Positions 8,513 through 18,103 of a stretch of 48,117 nucleotides of DNA are shown here, in pieces. Position 1 is the stretch's first letter, and every line of letters begins with the position of its first letter. This DNA is from SAR324 cluster bacterium (lineage in GTDB: Bacteria > SAR324 > NAC60-12), in contig JAESQU010000215.1 of NCBI GenBank assembly GCA_016764995.1, positions 1-48,117 of the forward strand, in the 5' to 3' direction. The translations under genes and the position numbers were made by a program. The notes beneath the pieces are model-generated. The model did not search any database. It saw only the letters and a program-made list of their open reading frames with translations, and had not been told where the DNA came from.

Positions 8513-10912
8513 TCACGGTTTTTGCAGCCACTCCTCAACGGTTCTTCGATCTTGAGATTTAAGCATAAAATCTTCCTCCAAAATGGATAATATTTGCTGG
8601 GGCATAATTGTGCTGAGTGTTTTTGAGTCATCAAAACCGAGCAAAACTCTAAGCAAACGTTGGTAAACTTCCAAAGGAGAACCTGTGGAACTTGCATTGA
8701 GTTTAAGTTGTTTTTCGATTCCAGGTGGCACCTCGAATTGACGTTTTAAATCATTGTAATCAAAAGGAGTATTGTTGTTACTATAATATCCATGAGGCAA
8801 AAATTTCAATCTAGCAAAATTATTCAGAAATTCATGTGTTGTTTTGCTTTTAGCTAAATCCTGTTCAAGCTCAATTTCAATACCGACCCCCAGTTTAAAG
8901 GAACTTTCCATTTTGTTCAACAAGGTAAAAAATGTGTGAGTGTTTGTTAACACTTGATAGATCATTTTTCCCTCCGATGAAGACAATGATTTGCAGGTCT
9001 CTTTCAGGGCTTTCATTTGAAATGCTGGAAAAGGATCATAAACAGATTTTTTCCCACTTTTAGGCAATTTGGCGGATTTATCAATTTTTGTTGATTTATG
9101 CATTACGGTTTTTGTTTGCACAGGTGTCTGCACTGTTTTTTCAACCACACTTGCGAGTTCCGATTTCTGTAAAGCTGCTTTCATTTTCTGAGCCTGTATT
9201 CTGGCTCCAACAGGTCTTAACTCTGAGCGTAGTTCTTCGACAAAACGCTGTTCCTCTTTGGAGCCTTGACCTAACATTTCATCCAGCAGCCAATTTAGTT
9301 CCTCAACTTGTTCCGCACTTTTCCGCAAACTCTTTTCGGAAAATTTACCCTCACTTCCGAGCAGTGCTCTTGTTTGCTCGTACAAGGCTGCCGCATCAAG
9401 ATTTTGTTCGCGCAGTTTTGCTAGTTCAAGCCAAATTGATTCAACTTCCTTGATGGCACTCTTCAGCAAAGCACAGGTTTGGGTGACACTTCCAAAATTC
9501 AATGCCGCGGATGTTAATCTCGTGTTTTCATCATAAGCTTTCTGCAAAAAATTATAAGTTTCCCTGGAGTTCCATTCTGAAGCATTTGAAAGTGTTTCCA
9601 AAAATCCTTTGATTTGTTCACAATATTGCCGCATCTCCTTTTTACCCTCTTCCAGCAAATCAAGCGCGTATAACATTCCTTCGGTTATTGGAGCGTCAAA
9701 CAAATCAACATCTTTTAAGTTTTGCTGCAATTGATTTAGTTTTTGTGTTTTTGAGTCAGCAACACGTCCGCCTTTTTCCAACATTCCTTTGATCAAACCC
9801 AGGACTTTAAACAGGAAAGGACTGGTTATAGTATGTGTAGACGCATTGTGATAGATCTTGCCAAAGGAGATGGAAAGGTTTTGCAAGATGCCGGACACCT
9901 CCCGGAAAGTTTCGTCAACACCGCTTAAGGTCTTAATAAAAAGTTGCAGATGCTCCAACTCCTGTGTAGCATGGTCGTGGAATTGAGCAATGCATTTTTC
10001 TTGACCGTCACTTTCTTTTTGTTCCGAAAGTGTATTTAGATGTTTTTTGAAAATTTCCAAAGGTTCAAAAGGAATGCGGAGCAAAAACATGCGCAGAAGC
10101 ATGTCTGTACGGGACATTTCGTATAACTCAAGACCCCACTCCGGAATTATTTTTGAGGTTGGTATTTTTACATTCTTAAGATTTCTTTCAAAGCCGGAAA
10201 GTTTTTCCAGGATTTCATCTGGTGAAAAAGTTTCTGCGGTCGTTTTTTTTGCAAGAGCAACTTTCATAGCCTGCTTCTCCAAATCCTGGATTCGGCTGAC
10301 ACTTTGGAAATATTTATAAACGGATTGCACTTCCTCGATGGACATTGGGGGATCAAAGCTGCTGACATTTTTATTTTTCAGCAGTGTTTCAGCAAGTGGC
10401 GCGGCTTCCGAAAAGAGTTTTTCAACTTCTTTTTTTGCCGATTCATCAACAGCAGCGTCAATTGGCAAAAGCATCCATTTCCCTTGTTGAAGACCGTCAC
10501 GGGTACTCCTGATTTTTTTGAGGGATATTTCGATTGCTTTTCCTGCTGAAAATCCGAGGGGCTCAGTACCATAAAATCCCTGATCCAGACTGAGGTGAAT
10601 GCAATCAGCTTGACGCTTGATTTGATGGTTCATCTTCAGAAAACGATCAGCCTCTCTATTGAAATGTTCCGGACTGCGGCATTTATCGTAAAGCTCCTTG
10701 TTGGTCCGATTTATTTCTGTGAGCATGGAAAAAATACTTTCTGGTTCACCAGCTTGAAAAATCCAGCGGTTTTCTTTGCTCAGAGCTGTACGAACAAATT
10801 GAGTTATTTCTTTTGCTTCCCTTACAGCATCCTGAACTTGGGAAACAGGTTTCCTCTCAGCGTGCAGGGCCGCCTGGGCATGTTTTAATTGTTCAAGTGT
10901 ATTAGTGGACAT
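8513..10912 (-). CDS. Hypothetical 799-aa helical/coiled-coil protein
   Basis: Long uninterrupted ORF with RBS GGAG, rich in E/K/L/Q. No family motif recognised. Confidence 0.8.
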   Translation of the reverse strand: MSTNTLEQLKHAQAALHAERKPVSQVQDAVREAKEITQFVRTALSKENRWIFQAGEPESIFSMLTEINRTNKELYDKCRSPEHFNREADRFLKMNHQIKRQADCIHLSLDQGFYGTEPLGFSAGKAIEISLKKIRSTRDGLQQGKWMLLPIDAAVDESAKKEVEKLFSEAAPLAETLLKNKNVSSFDPPMSIEEVQSVYKYFQSVSRIQDLEKQAMKVALAKKTTAETFSPDEILEKLSGFERNLKNVKIPTSKIIPEWGLELYEMSRTDMLLRMFLLRIPFEPLEIFKKHLNTLSEQKESDGQEKCIAQFHDHATQELEHLQLFIKTLSGVDETFREVSGILQNLSISFGKIYHNASTHTITSPFLFKVLGLIKGMLEKGGRVADSKTQKLNQLQQNLKDVDLFDAPITEGMLYALDLLEEGKKEMRQYCEQIKGFLETLSNASEWNSRETYNFLQKAYDENTRLTSAALNFGSVTQTCALLKSAIKEVESIWLELAKLREQNLDAAALYEQTRALLGSEGKFSEKSLRKSAEQVEELNWLLDEMLGQGSKEEQRFVEELRSELRPVGARIQAQKMKAALQKSELASVVEKTVQTPVQTKTVMHKSTKIDKSAKLPKSGKKSVYDPFPAFQMKALKETCKSLSSSEGKMIYQVLTNTHTFFTLLNKMESSFKLGVGIEIELEQDLAKSKTTHEFLNNFARLKFLPHGYYSNNNTPFDYNDLKRQFEVPPGIEKQLKLNASSTGSPLEVYQRLLRVLLGFDDSKTLSTIMPQQILSILEEDFMLKSQDRRTVEEWLQKP

Positions 10913-11077
10913 AAGAACATCTCCAAGATATACTTAGCTCGGTTAATAATTTATTTTTCTTCATGCAAAAACTTGTTTTGGTTAAACAGATTTGCTTGAA
11001 CGGAGTAATTAGCTGAAACACTTTATGCATTTACAATTTATTTCCCTTGCAGAATAAAGGGGTTTCCATAATCAAGA

Positions 11078-12997
11078 ATGAAATCAATATTGGCTAGTAT
11101 CTCACAACCTAAAGAGATACAAAACTTAAATTTAAAAGAGTTGACTCAACTGGCCGAAGAATGTCGGCAGAGAATTATTGAAGTCACCAGTCAACGCGGC
11201 GGACACCTTGCTTCTTCACTTGGAACTGTGGAGCTCACCGTTGCTTTGCTAAAGAATTTTGATTTTAGCATGGACCGAATTGTTTGGGACGTTGGTCACC
11301 AAGCCTACCCTTATAAAATTCTAACTGACCGTAATGAAAAATTTGATACACTTGGAAAGTCAGGCGGAATCAAAAAATTTCTCTCTCGAGACGAAAGTAG
11401 CTACGACCATTTTGGTGCGGGACATGCCTCAACTTCAATTTCCGCTGCACTTGGAATGGCCATTGGTCGTGATCTTCAACAAAAAAAACATCGGGTAATT
11501 GCTGTCATCGGTGATGGTGCAATGACGGGTGGTTTGGCCTTTGAAGCCTTGAATCACAATGGTTCACTCGACAAAAACATGCTTCTTATCTACAACGATA
11601 ACGGCATCAGCATTGACCCGAATGTTGGCGCAATATCAAAATTGCTGACACGTTTTGCCTCCTCCAGATTTTACAACAGTTTCCGTGAAGAAACACTTGA
11701 ATTCGCGGAGAAAGCACCTTTTTCAGAACGATTAGGTCTGAAAGTTACATTACAGAAATTACACGATTCCGCAAAGAGCTTTTTATCTCCGCCAAGTATG
11801 CTCTTTGAACAATTAGGTTGGCGATATTTTGGCACAGTTGACGGTCATAACCTGGCCGAATTACTGGATTTAATAAATCGTGTTAAGAGTTTAGATGGTC
11901 CAATCGTGATTCACGCTATTACTCAGAAAGGTAAAGGTTACCCCTTTGCTGAAGAAGATTCTCACAAATATCACGGCGTCACCCCCTTTGAACCGGTCGA
12001 TGGTAAATTTATCAAGAAAAAATCAACCGGCGACGCAATCAGTTTTTCTCAGGTTTTTGGCGATAAACTTGGAGAATTAATGGAACGAGATGAAAAAGTT
12101 GTGGTGGTGACTGCGGCCATGCTTAGTGGAACAGGAATTGTTAAACTCCAACCGAAATATCCGGATCGCGTGCTTGATGTCGGAATTGCGGAGGGACATG
12201 CTGTGACATGTTCAGCAGGACTTGCTACCACGGGCAACAAACCATTTGTAGCAATTTATTCTACATTTTTGCAGCGTGCACTTGATCACATAATACATGA
12301 TGTTGCGATTCAAAATTTGCCGGTGCGTTTCATGCTTGACCGTGCAGGATTTGTTGGTGCGGACGGTCCGACTCATCATGGTTTATATGATCTGACTTAC
12401 CTGCGCATGATTCCCAACATGACAATAATGGTCCCTCGCAATGGTGCAGAATTACGCAGCATGATGGAGTTTGCCTGTAATTACGAAAGCGGACCATTGG
12501 CTATACGTTACCCCAGAGGAAATACTGCTGAGCTTGATGATAAAAAGAGTCCCCCGCTGGAATTTGGGAAAGCTCACATTTCGCGCAAAGGAAAAGATGT
12601 TGCTTTGTTTGCAGTAGGTTTGATGGTCGATACCGCAGAACAAGTGGCGAAACTTTTGGAAAAAAAAGGCTATTCAACAGCTGTTATTAATGCTAGATTT
12701 GTCAAACCTCTTGATGAGGAAGTGATTGTCAAATTTGGACAAAAAGTGAAAATGCTGGTCACATTGGAAGAAAACACGGTTCATGGTGGTTTCGGAAGCG
12801 CTGTACTGGAAACTTTGAGTGAGAATGGAATTTGTTTGCCGACATTTCAAATTGGAGTTCCGGATCGTTTCTTTGCACAGGGTTCTCCCGAAGAACAACG
12901 GGAGTCAGCTGAATTGAATCCGGAACAAATTTATTATCGAATTCTAGAAAGACTCCCTGTAATGGTCAAGAAAATGAACACGAAACGAACAGCCTAA
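11078..12997 (+). CDS. dxs: 1-deoxy-D-xylulose-5-phosphate synthase
   Basis: GGHLASSLG, WDVGHQAYPYKILT, GHASTSISAALG, GDGAMTGG, DRAGFVGADGPTHHG, AIRYPRG. Confidence 0.98.
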   Translation: MKSILASISQPKEIQNLNLKELTQLAEECRQRIIEVTSQRGGHLASSLGTVELTVALLKNFDFSMDRIVWDVGHQAYPYKILTDRNEKFDTLGKSGGIKKFLSRDESSYDHFGAGHASTSISAALGMAIGRDLQQKKHRVIAVIGDGAMTGGLAFEALNHNGSLDKNMLLIYNDNGISIDPNVGAISKLLTRFASSRFYNSFREETLEFAEKAPFSERLGLKVTLQKLHDSAKSFLSPPSMLFEQLGWRYFGTVDGHNLAELLDLINRVKSLDGPIVIHAITQKGKGYPFAEEDSHKYHGVTPFEPVDGKFIKKKSTGDAISFSQVFGDKLGELMERDEKVVVVTAAMLSGTGIVKLQPKYPDRVLDVGIAEGHAVTCSAGLATTGNKPFVAIYSTFLQRALDHIIHDVAIQNLPVRFMLDRAGFVGADGPTHHGLYDLTYLRMIPNMTIMVPRNGAELRSMMEFACNYESGPLAIRYPRGNTAELDDKKSPPLEFGKAHISRKGKDVALFAVGLMVDTAEQVAKLLEKKGYSTAVINARFVKPLDEEVIVKFGQKVKMLVTLEENTVHGGFGSAVLETLSENGICLPTFQIGVPDRFFAQGSPEEQRESAELNPEQIYYRILERLPVMVKKMNTKRTA

Positions 12998-13075
12998 CCA
13001 AAGGAACTTGCCTCCTAAAAACTAACAGATTCTAAAATAGTTATTTATAAAATATTTGTAAATATAATTTTATTA

Positions 13076-13103
13076 TTGACTGATTTTATATGATGTTTAT
13101 TCT
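13076..13103 (+). promoter_or_regulatory. Candidate sigma70 promoter upstream of the structured leader and zapB-like gene
   Basis: TTGACT (13076-81), 16-bp spacer, TATTCT (13098-103), preceded by an AT-rich UP-like tract. Confidence 0.4.
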
Positions 13104-13127
13104 CATATTTTCTAAATTTCTATCTTT

Positions 13128-13259
13128 GTGAGTGGACAAAGTTGCCGCTTTATCACAGTGAATACTAAAATGTACGGCTCTTGCATTTGAGGTAGTGCTG
13201 AAAGTATTACCAGGGATCCGGGCAACGAATTCCGCAAGGAAATTGTGTCAACCATTCAT
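13128..13259 (+). ncRNA. Candidate structured RNA / 5' leader of unknown family
   Basis: Nested helices: GTGAGTGG/CCATTCAT, GTTGCC/GGCAAC, AAATGTA/TGCATTT, GGTAGTGC-TGAAA-GTATTACC and TTCC-GCAA-GGAA (GNRA loop). It is GC-richer than the flanking intergenic DNA. Confidence 0.5.
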
Positions 13260-13274
13260 TTAAGGAAATTTAAC

Positions 13275-13682
13275 ATGTCAAACGATTTACTGAAACAGCT
13301 GGAAGAGAAAATCAACGCAGTGATAGAAATCATCGAATTGTCACGTATGGAAATTACTGAACTGAAAGAACAAAACGATGAGTTGGAAAATAGGTATGTT
13401 GATTGGGAAGATAGGCTATCTGCTTTGATTGAAAAATTTGAGCAGCTTGAAGATGGAGAAACAGTTGAAATTGAAGCAGAAGTTGAAGCATCAATTCAGA
13501 AAGTCGAGGAAGAAAAAATTGAAGATGTCGCTGCTGAAGAAGATGAAGCCGAGGAAGAGGCCGAGGAAGAAGAAGATTCCGAAGTAATTGTTGCAGAGGT
13601 AGATGAAACGGAAGGTACCGTTTTTGATACCAGTGCAGATTCATATACGGCAGCACCTGGATCCACTCAGCATTACGCATGA
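13275..13682 (+). CDS. zapB: Cell division protein ZapB-like coiled coil with a long acidic C-terminal tail
   Basis: LLKQLEEKINAVIEIIELSRMEITELKEQN...WEDRLSALIEKF resembles gammaproteobacterial ZapB; RBS AAGGA before the ATG at 13275. Confidence 0.75.
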   Translation: MSNDLLKQLEEKINAVIEIIELSRMEITELKEQNDELENRYVDWEDRLSALIEKFEQLEDGETVEIEAEVEASIQKVEEEKIEDVAAEEDEAEEEAEEEEDSEVIVAEVDETEGTVFDTSADSYTAAPGSTQHYA

Positions 13683-13756
13683 CGCTGGCGCCGCGTTCCG
13701 GTTCCTTCAGTTATTTCTACATACTTGTTTTAGCTCCAAATTTTACTGCGAAGAAT

Positions 13757-15394
13757 ATGTTAAGTCAGTTTCTTCGCAATTTACTCACCTTATTTTTCAC
13801 ATGCTTAATTTTCGGTGGACTGTCATTTCCTCCGCTTCTACAGGCACGTCCCTCAGTCGGAGTCCTTTCTGCAGATGTTATCTACCCCTCAAATGGACTG
13901 AATTGGTTGGGGCTTTTTCTTCAAGAAGAACTTTCCCTTCAGTTGCAACTCACAGATCAATTTTCAATCATTTCTCCTGATACTATGCGCCGCTGGAATC
14001 AGCGTCTACGAAACTCCGGACAGCTTGTTTTTAGTTCCGCAGAATTGAAAAATTCAGAAATATACCAACTAAAACCGAATAGACTTCTCAAATTATCTAT
14101 CCAGAAAGTCCTCAACCAACTTTCTGTCACTTGGAGTGTCAGTAGTTTCGAAGAAAATAGCTCTCTTCAGAAAATTCAAAATATACATTCCTGGATTACT
14201 CCTGATAATCTGATAGCTTCGCTCTTGAATGATCTTGCTAAAGGAGATAAATTATTCCGGAATATCAAACACTTTCCTTTACACTACACATGGGAAGGAA
14301 TTAAGAGTTTTTATCAGTGGAAACTTAAACTGGTTCCTGTTCCAAATACCCCTAAATGGGAAGAACACAAAGATGAATTGGAGGCGTTATTGTTGAGCCA
14401 TCCCTCACTGTCGGCCTCGATCCATTTTCATAGAGCAGTTTTATTGATCATTGAAAGTAGCGTGATGCGACCTGCTCATGTTCCATCTCTGAATTCTGCG
14501 GAAACAGATATTTTGGCGGCAATGAAAGAGCATCCGGGAAGCGGTGAACATCACACCTTACTCTCCCTTTTGCACTTCCTCCGTAAAGAACCTTTGTTCT
14601 CCAAACAACAGGCAAACATTGCCAACAAGATAAATCCAGCCAATGGATTGGCATTGATTCTATATGGTCTAACAATCGGTAAAACTCCACAGGCAGGCGC
14701 TACTTACATTAAAAAAGGGCTCCGACTTTATCCATTTGTGGCTGAACCAAGTGCTGACGGCGGGCAACCTTATCATGTGCTGGTTAAAGATTTGGAACCT
14801 TGGCTGAATTCTTCCGTTTCGGAAAAACCCCCTAATTATGAACTATTAATACGTTCCGGCAAGGAGGATTATGATGCGCGACGCTGGACAGAAGCACGTC
14901 AGGCTTTTGAAGATGCATCTGTACTTGAACCGGAACTTCCGGAACCGCTTTTATTTCTGGCACAGTTGCGATTGGCCCAGCAGAATGTGGAAAGCGCTCT
15001 CTTACTGCTCGCAAAACTTCAAAAAAGATTTCCCAAACATCCTGAAATAAACCTCTATTTAGGCTATGCTCACGAAAAATTAAAACATTATATAAAAGCA
15101 GAAATCTTGTATCGTACAGTTCTCCAACTGAAGCCGGAACATCACAAGGCGCTTTTGAGGCTAGGCGCTGTTCTTATCAAACTTGGAAAACGAGAGGAAG
15201 CACGCAGTTTTTTGGAAAGTCTGACCCAAAAATATCCGATGTACACAGTGGCGTGGTGGAACCTGGGCATTGTCTATTATCAGCTTGGAGAATTGGAGTT
15301 GGCAGAATCTTCATGGGAAGAATCCTTGAGACTAGAGCCGGATAATAATCAGGTACGAGTACGTCTTGAACAACTGCGTGAAGAATTATTTTGA
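13757..15394 (+). CDS. Exported tetratricopeptide-repeat protein
   Basis: Signal-like N-terminus and several C-terminal TPR motifs (AWWNLGIVYYQLGELELAESSWEESLRLEPDN). Confidence 0.85.
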   Translation: MLSQFLRNLLTLFFTCLIFGGLSFPPLLQARPSVGVLSADVIYPSNGLNWLGLFLQEELSLQLQLTDQFSIISPDTMRRWNQRLRNSGQLVFSSAELKNSEIYQLKPNRLLKLSIQKVLNQLSVTWSVSSFEENSSLQKIQNIHSWITPDNLIASLLNDLAKGDKLFRNIKHFPLHYTWEGIKSFYQWKLKLVPVPNTPKWEEHKDELEALLLSHPSLSASIHFHRAVLLIIESSVMRPAHVPSLNSAETDILAAMKEHPGSGEHHTLLSLLHFLRKEPLFSKQQANIANKINPANGLALILYGLTIGKTPQAGATYIKKGLRLYPFVAEPSADGGQPYHVLVKDLEPWLNSSVSEKPPNYELLIRSGKEDYDARRWTEARQAFEDASVLEPELPEPLLFLAQLRLAQQNVESALLLLAKLQKRFPKHPEINLYLGYAHEKLKHYIKAEILYRTVLQLKPEHHKALLRLGAVLIKLGKREEARSFLESLTQKYPMYTVAWWNLGIVYYQLGELELAESSWEESLRLEPDNNQVRVRLEQLREELF

Positions 15395-15903
15395 GGCCAA
15401 GACGCACTTTAGAATTATTTTTCATTATTTACATTTAGGCTTCACTATTGCAACTTTGTTAATGTAAGTTGTGAAACTTTAAAATATAATATACTTCCAT
15501 ACCGAAAATTGGCAGAATAATATTTACAATTTGCTCTAATAACAGTATGATACGTTGCTTCAAAGGATGTGTTACTAAATAATTAGTCTGCACAAAGGCG
15601 GAAGTTTCAGCAATTTTGAATTGAGCAAACGAATTGGGGAAATTGTAGATGTAATTCTTCATTTGACTAATGCCAAAAATACTGTAATTTGAAGCACAGA
15701 TTATTTTGAAAATTCAGTAAACAGATTAAAATGAAAATCTGTCTCAATTAATGTTAATTTTCTGTACTTTGTCTTAATAATAATATATCATTTAGGGTTT
15801 AGAGAATAAATAACTTGCGTTACACTTTTAAAGACCTTAGAATCTCACGCGAGACTGATAAAAGAGTCTCAAAGATCACTCAGAACAAAAGAAGGAATTG
15901 AAC

Positions 15904-16473
15904 ATGAAAAATATAATAATTTTACTCATATCTATCTTTTTTTCTGTCCAGGTTTTAGCTCAAAGTCAGGAGGTTTTACCGACAGATGAAACTTCCAAGA
16001 CAAATTTGGCAGGCCAATACATTTACGCCGACTCATACTTTAAGAAATCCAAAACAGGTATTGTTTTGAAGTATGCACCCACACTGACAACAATGTTTTA
16101 CGGGTGGCGTTTTGTAGTCTACAACACAGAAAAGTTTTTTATCGGCGGTACCGGATTCACGGGTCAGTTTGGTGGACCAACAGAATTTGGTACTCTGACA
16201 ACCGCAGGGTTAACAGCTGGTTATGATTTTACCATCTTTGATGATATTTATGTAGACTGGGGCATAACTGCAGGTGGCGCGGGTGGTAGATCCAGCGGCA
16301 CAAAAACTATTTCTGAGGGTGGTGTGCTCGTAGAACCGTGGTTCGGATTTAATCATAAAGTTGGGGAAAATACAGACTTTAATTATTCCTTCTCCTGGTT
16401 CATGATGCCGAACAGTCTAAATTATAACAACGCTCTCTCATTTAATCTTCGCATTGATTTCATTATCAATTAA
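15904..16473 (+). CDS. Putative small outer-membrane beta-barrel protein
   Basis: RBS AAGGA, signal peptide ending VLA, alternating Gly/aromatic beta-strands, C-terminal FNLRIDF. Confidence 0.65.
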   Translation: MKNIIILLISIFFSVQVLAQSQEVLPTDETSKTNLAGQYIYADSYFKKSKTGIVLKYAPTLTTMFYGWRFVVYNTEKFFIGGTGFTGQFGGPTEFGTLTTAGLTAGYDFTIFDDIYVDWGITAGGAGGRSSGTKTISEGGVLVEPWFGFNHKVGENTDFNYSFSWFMMPNSLNYNNALSFNLRIDFIIN

Positions 16474-16485
16474 GTCCACTGCCTG

Positions 16486-16507
16486 ACAATGCTACAACAG
16501 GCATTGT
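16486..16507 (+). terminator. Hairpin after the outer-membrane protein gene
   Basis: ACAATGC pairs with GCATTGT, followed by a short T-rich stretch. Confidence 0.35.
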
Positions 16508-16793
16508 TTCTAAGAGTAAAAGCCAAGATTTGCCGATTTGTCTGTCCGAATCATCTATGAGCATTTTTTGGCTACTCCACTAATTTTCCACTCCAATATT
16601 CCATTTTTCCTCACACAAGTTAACCTTCTGTTATAATCAGCTGTATAAATTTGTGCGTTTTTCAGCTTTAAATAATGCGCAATTCTGTTAACATGTCCGT
16701 TTAGGAAGGCTTGGTGAATCACTAATTTTTCTCTACGAAAAAAACGCTTAATTTTCCTAAACCAACTTTTTAAGTTAATAACTGGGGACATAA

Positions 16794-17981
16794 ATGAAAA
16801 ATTTTTTAAAGAATCAATATTTTAAGTTGCTCAGAAACCAGGGACGCAAAGCTGGTATTGTGCCAGTCGAGAATCCCGCAAATGAGGAACAGCGTTTAGC
16901 TGAAGTAAAGCGTCTTGGAATCATGGAACTCGACCTGAGCGGTGAACGTCGCTACAATTCCATGACTCAAGTTGCTACCTATTTGACCGGCTGTACACAG
17001 AGTTCTATTAACATCCTGGGATCCACCGTCCAGATTTGCAAGGCTAACTTTGGATTCAACAAGTTGGAAAACGTAATCATCAAAGAAGTTCCACGGGAAA
17101 TTACTGTGTGTCAATTTAGTTTGGACAATCCCGGACAACCGTTAATAATTGAAAATATTTTTGAAGACGAACGAACCAAGAACATGAAAAACATGCCTTT
17201 TGATCCAGGCATTCGCTTTTATGCAGGTGCGCCGCTGATCAGTTCCAGAGGTTTTTCACTTGGTACCCTTTGCGTCTTTGATCCAACACCAAAAAATCTT
17301 GCACATCAGCAGATTGAAGGTTTGCGCCTGCTTTCAGATCAGGTAGTACATATGTTGGAAAAGGAATCCATTTCATCAGGAGCAACAGCTCCTGAAGAGG
17401 AATCAGCAGAAGAATCGAGCCAATTACAAGGACAGTACTACTCGGTATCGAGTATACTTTTTGCGGATTTTGTCGGATTCACCAACATGGTTGAAAACTG
17501 TGAACCAGGCGAACTTCTGGACACACTCAATACTTTTTTTATGGGTTTCGACCGGATCATGTCAAAACACAATGTTCGCAAGGTCAAAACTGTCGGCGAC
17601 TGCTACATGTGTGTAGGCGGAATTCCCTCTCAGCATGGAACTCACGCTCATGAAGTTTGCTCTGCCGCAGTGGACATGCTCAAGTTTGTAGAAGGTACAA
17701 ACATACAGTTTGAAGCTCTGGGAAAACCCCGCTGGGAAATCCGGATAGGTATCCATTCAGGTCCGGTAATCGCGGGAACAGCTGGAAACACATTTGATAT
17801 TTGGGGAGATGCTGTGAATATTGCCGCAAGGCTGGAAAGCAGTGGTGAAAGCGGTAAAATTCACATCTCGGAAAAAACTAAAGACTATCTGGAAGGTGCT
17901 GGAAATTTTACTCCAAGAGGTGAAGTGGAACTTAAAAACAAAGGATCATGGTCAACATTTTTCCTGGACGAACTCAACTGA
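16794..17981 (+). CDS. GAF-domain class III adenylate cyclase
   Basis: GAF motifs NEEQRLAEV...IRFYAGAPL...LGTLCVFD. Cyclase motifs ILFADFVGFT, KTVGDCYM, RIGIHSGPV, FDIWGDAVNIAARLES; Lys/Asp at the specificity positions indicate ATP. Confidence 0.92.
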   Translation: MKNFLKNQYFKLLRNQGRKAGIVPVENPANEEQRLAEVKRLGIMELDLSGERRYNSMTQVATYLTGCTQSSINILGSTVQICKANFGFNKLENVIIKEVPREITVCQFSLDNPGQPLIIENIFEDERTKNMKNMPFDPGIRFYAGAPLISSRGFSLGTLCVFDPTPKNLAHQQIEGLRLLSDQVVHMLEKESISSGATAPEEESAEESSQLQGQYYSVSSILFADFVGFTNMVENCEPGELLDTLNTFFMGFDRIMSKHNVRKVKTVGDCYMCVGGIPSQHGTHAHEVCSAAVDMLKFVEGTNIQFEALGKPRWEIRIGIHSGPVIAGTAGNTFDIWGDAVNIAARLESSGESGKIHISEKTKDYLEGAGNFTPRGEVELKNKGSWSTFFLDELN

Positions 17982-18103
17982 CACAAAACAATTTGCTAAC
18001 TTGTAAATTAGCTGTTCAACTCAATTAAGAATTAGCCGGAGTTAGTTCAGGTTTTGTTGCTTCCCAGCGGTCGCAAAAGGTAGAATAAATGTTTGCAATT
18101 CTG

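Noticed and set aside
13128-13259. 6S RNA (often near zap genes) or SAM-I riboswitch (CCGGGCAAC resembles its core)
   Set aside because: The fold is multibranched rather than a long rod with a central bubble, and the SAM-I AUC...GAU P1 and kink-turn elements are not found.
15459-15662. 67-aa minus-strand ORF
   Set aside because: No RBS or recognisable motif in AT-rich DNA; cannot be supported, although a small protein is not excluded.
16555-16791. 78-aa minus-strand ORF
   Set aside because: Starts 2 bp from the divergent cyclase start, occupies its likely promoter region and has no recognisable motif.
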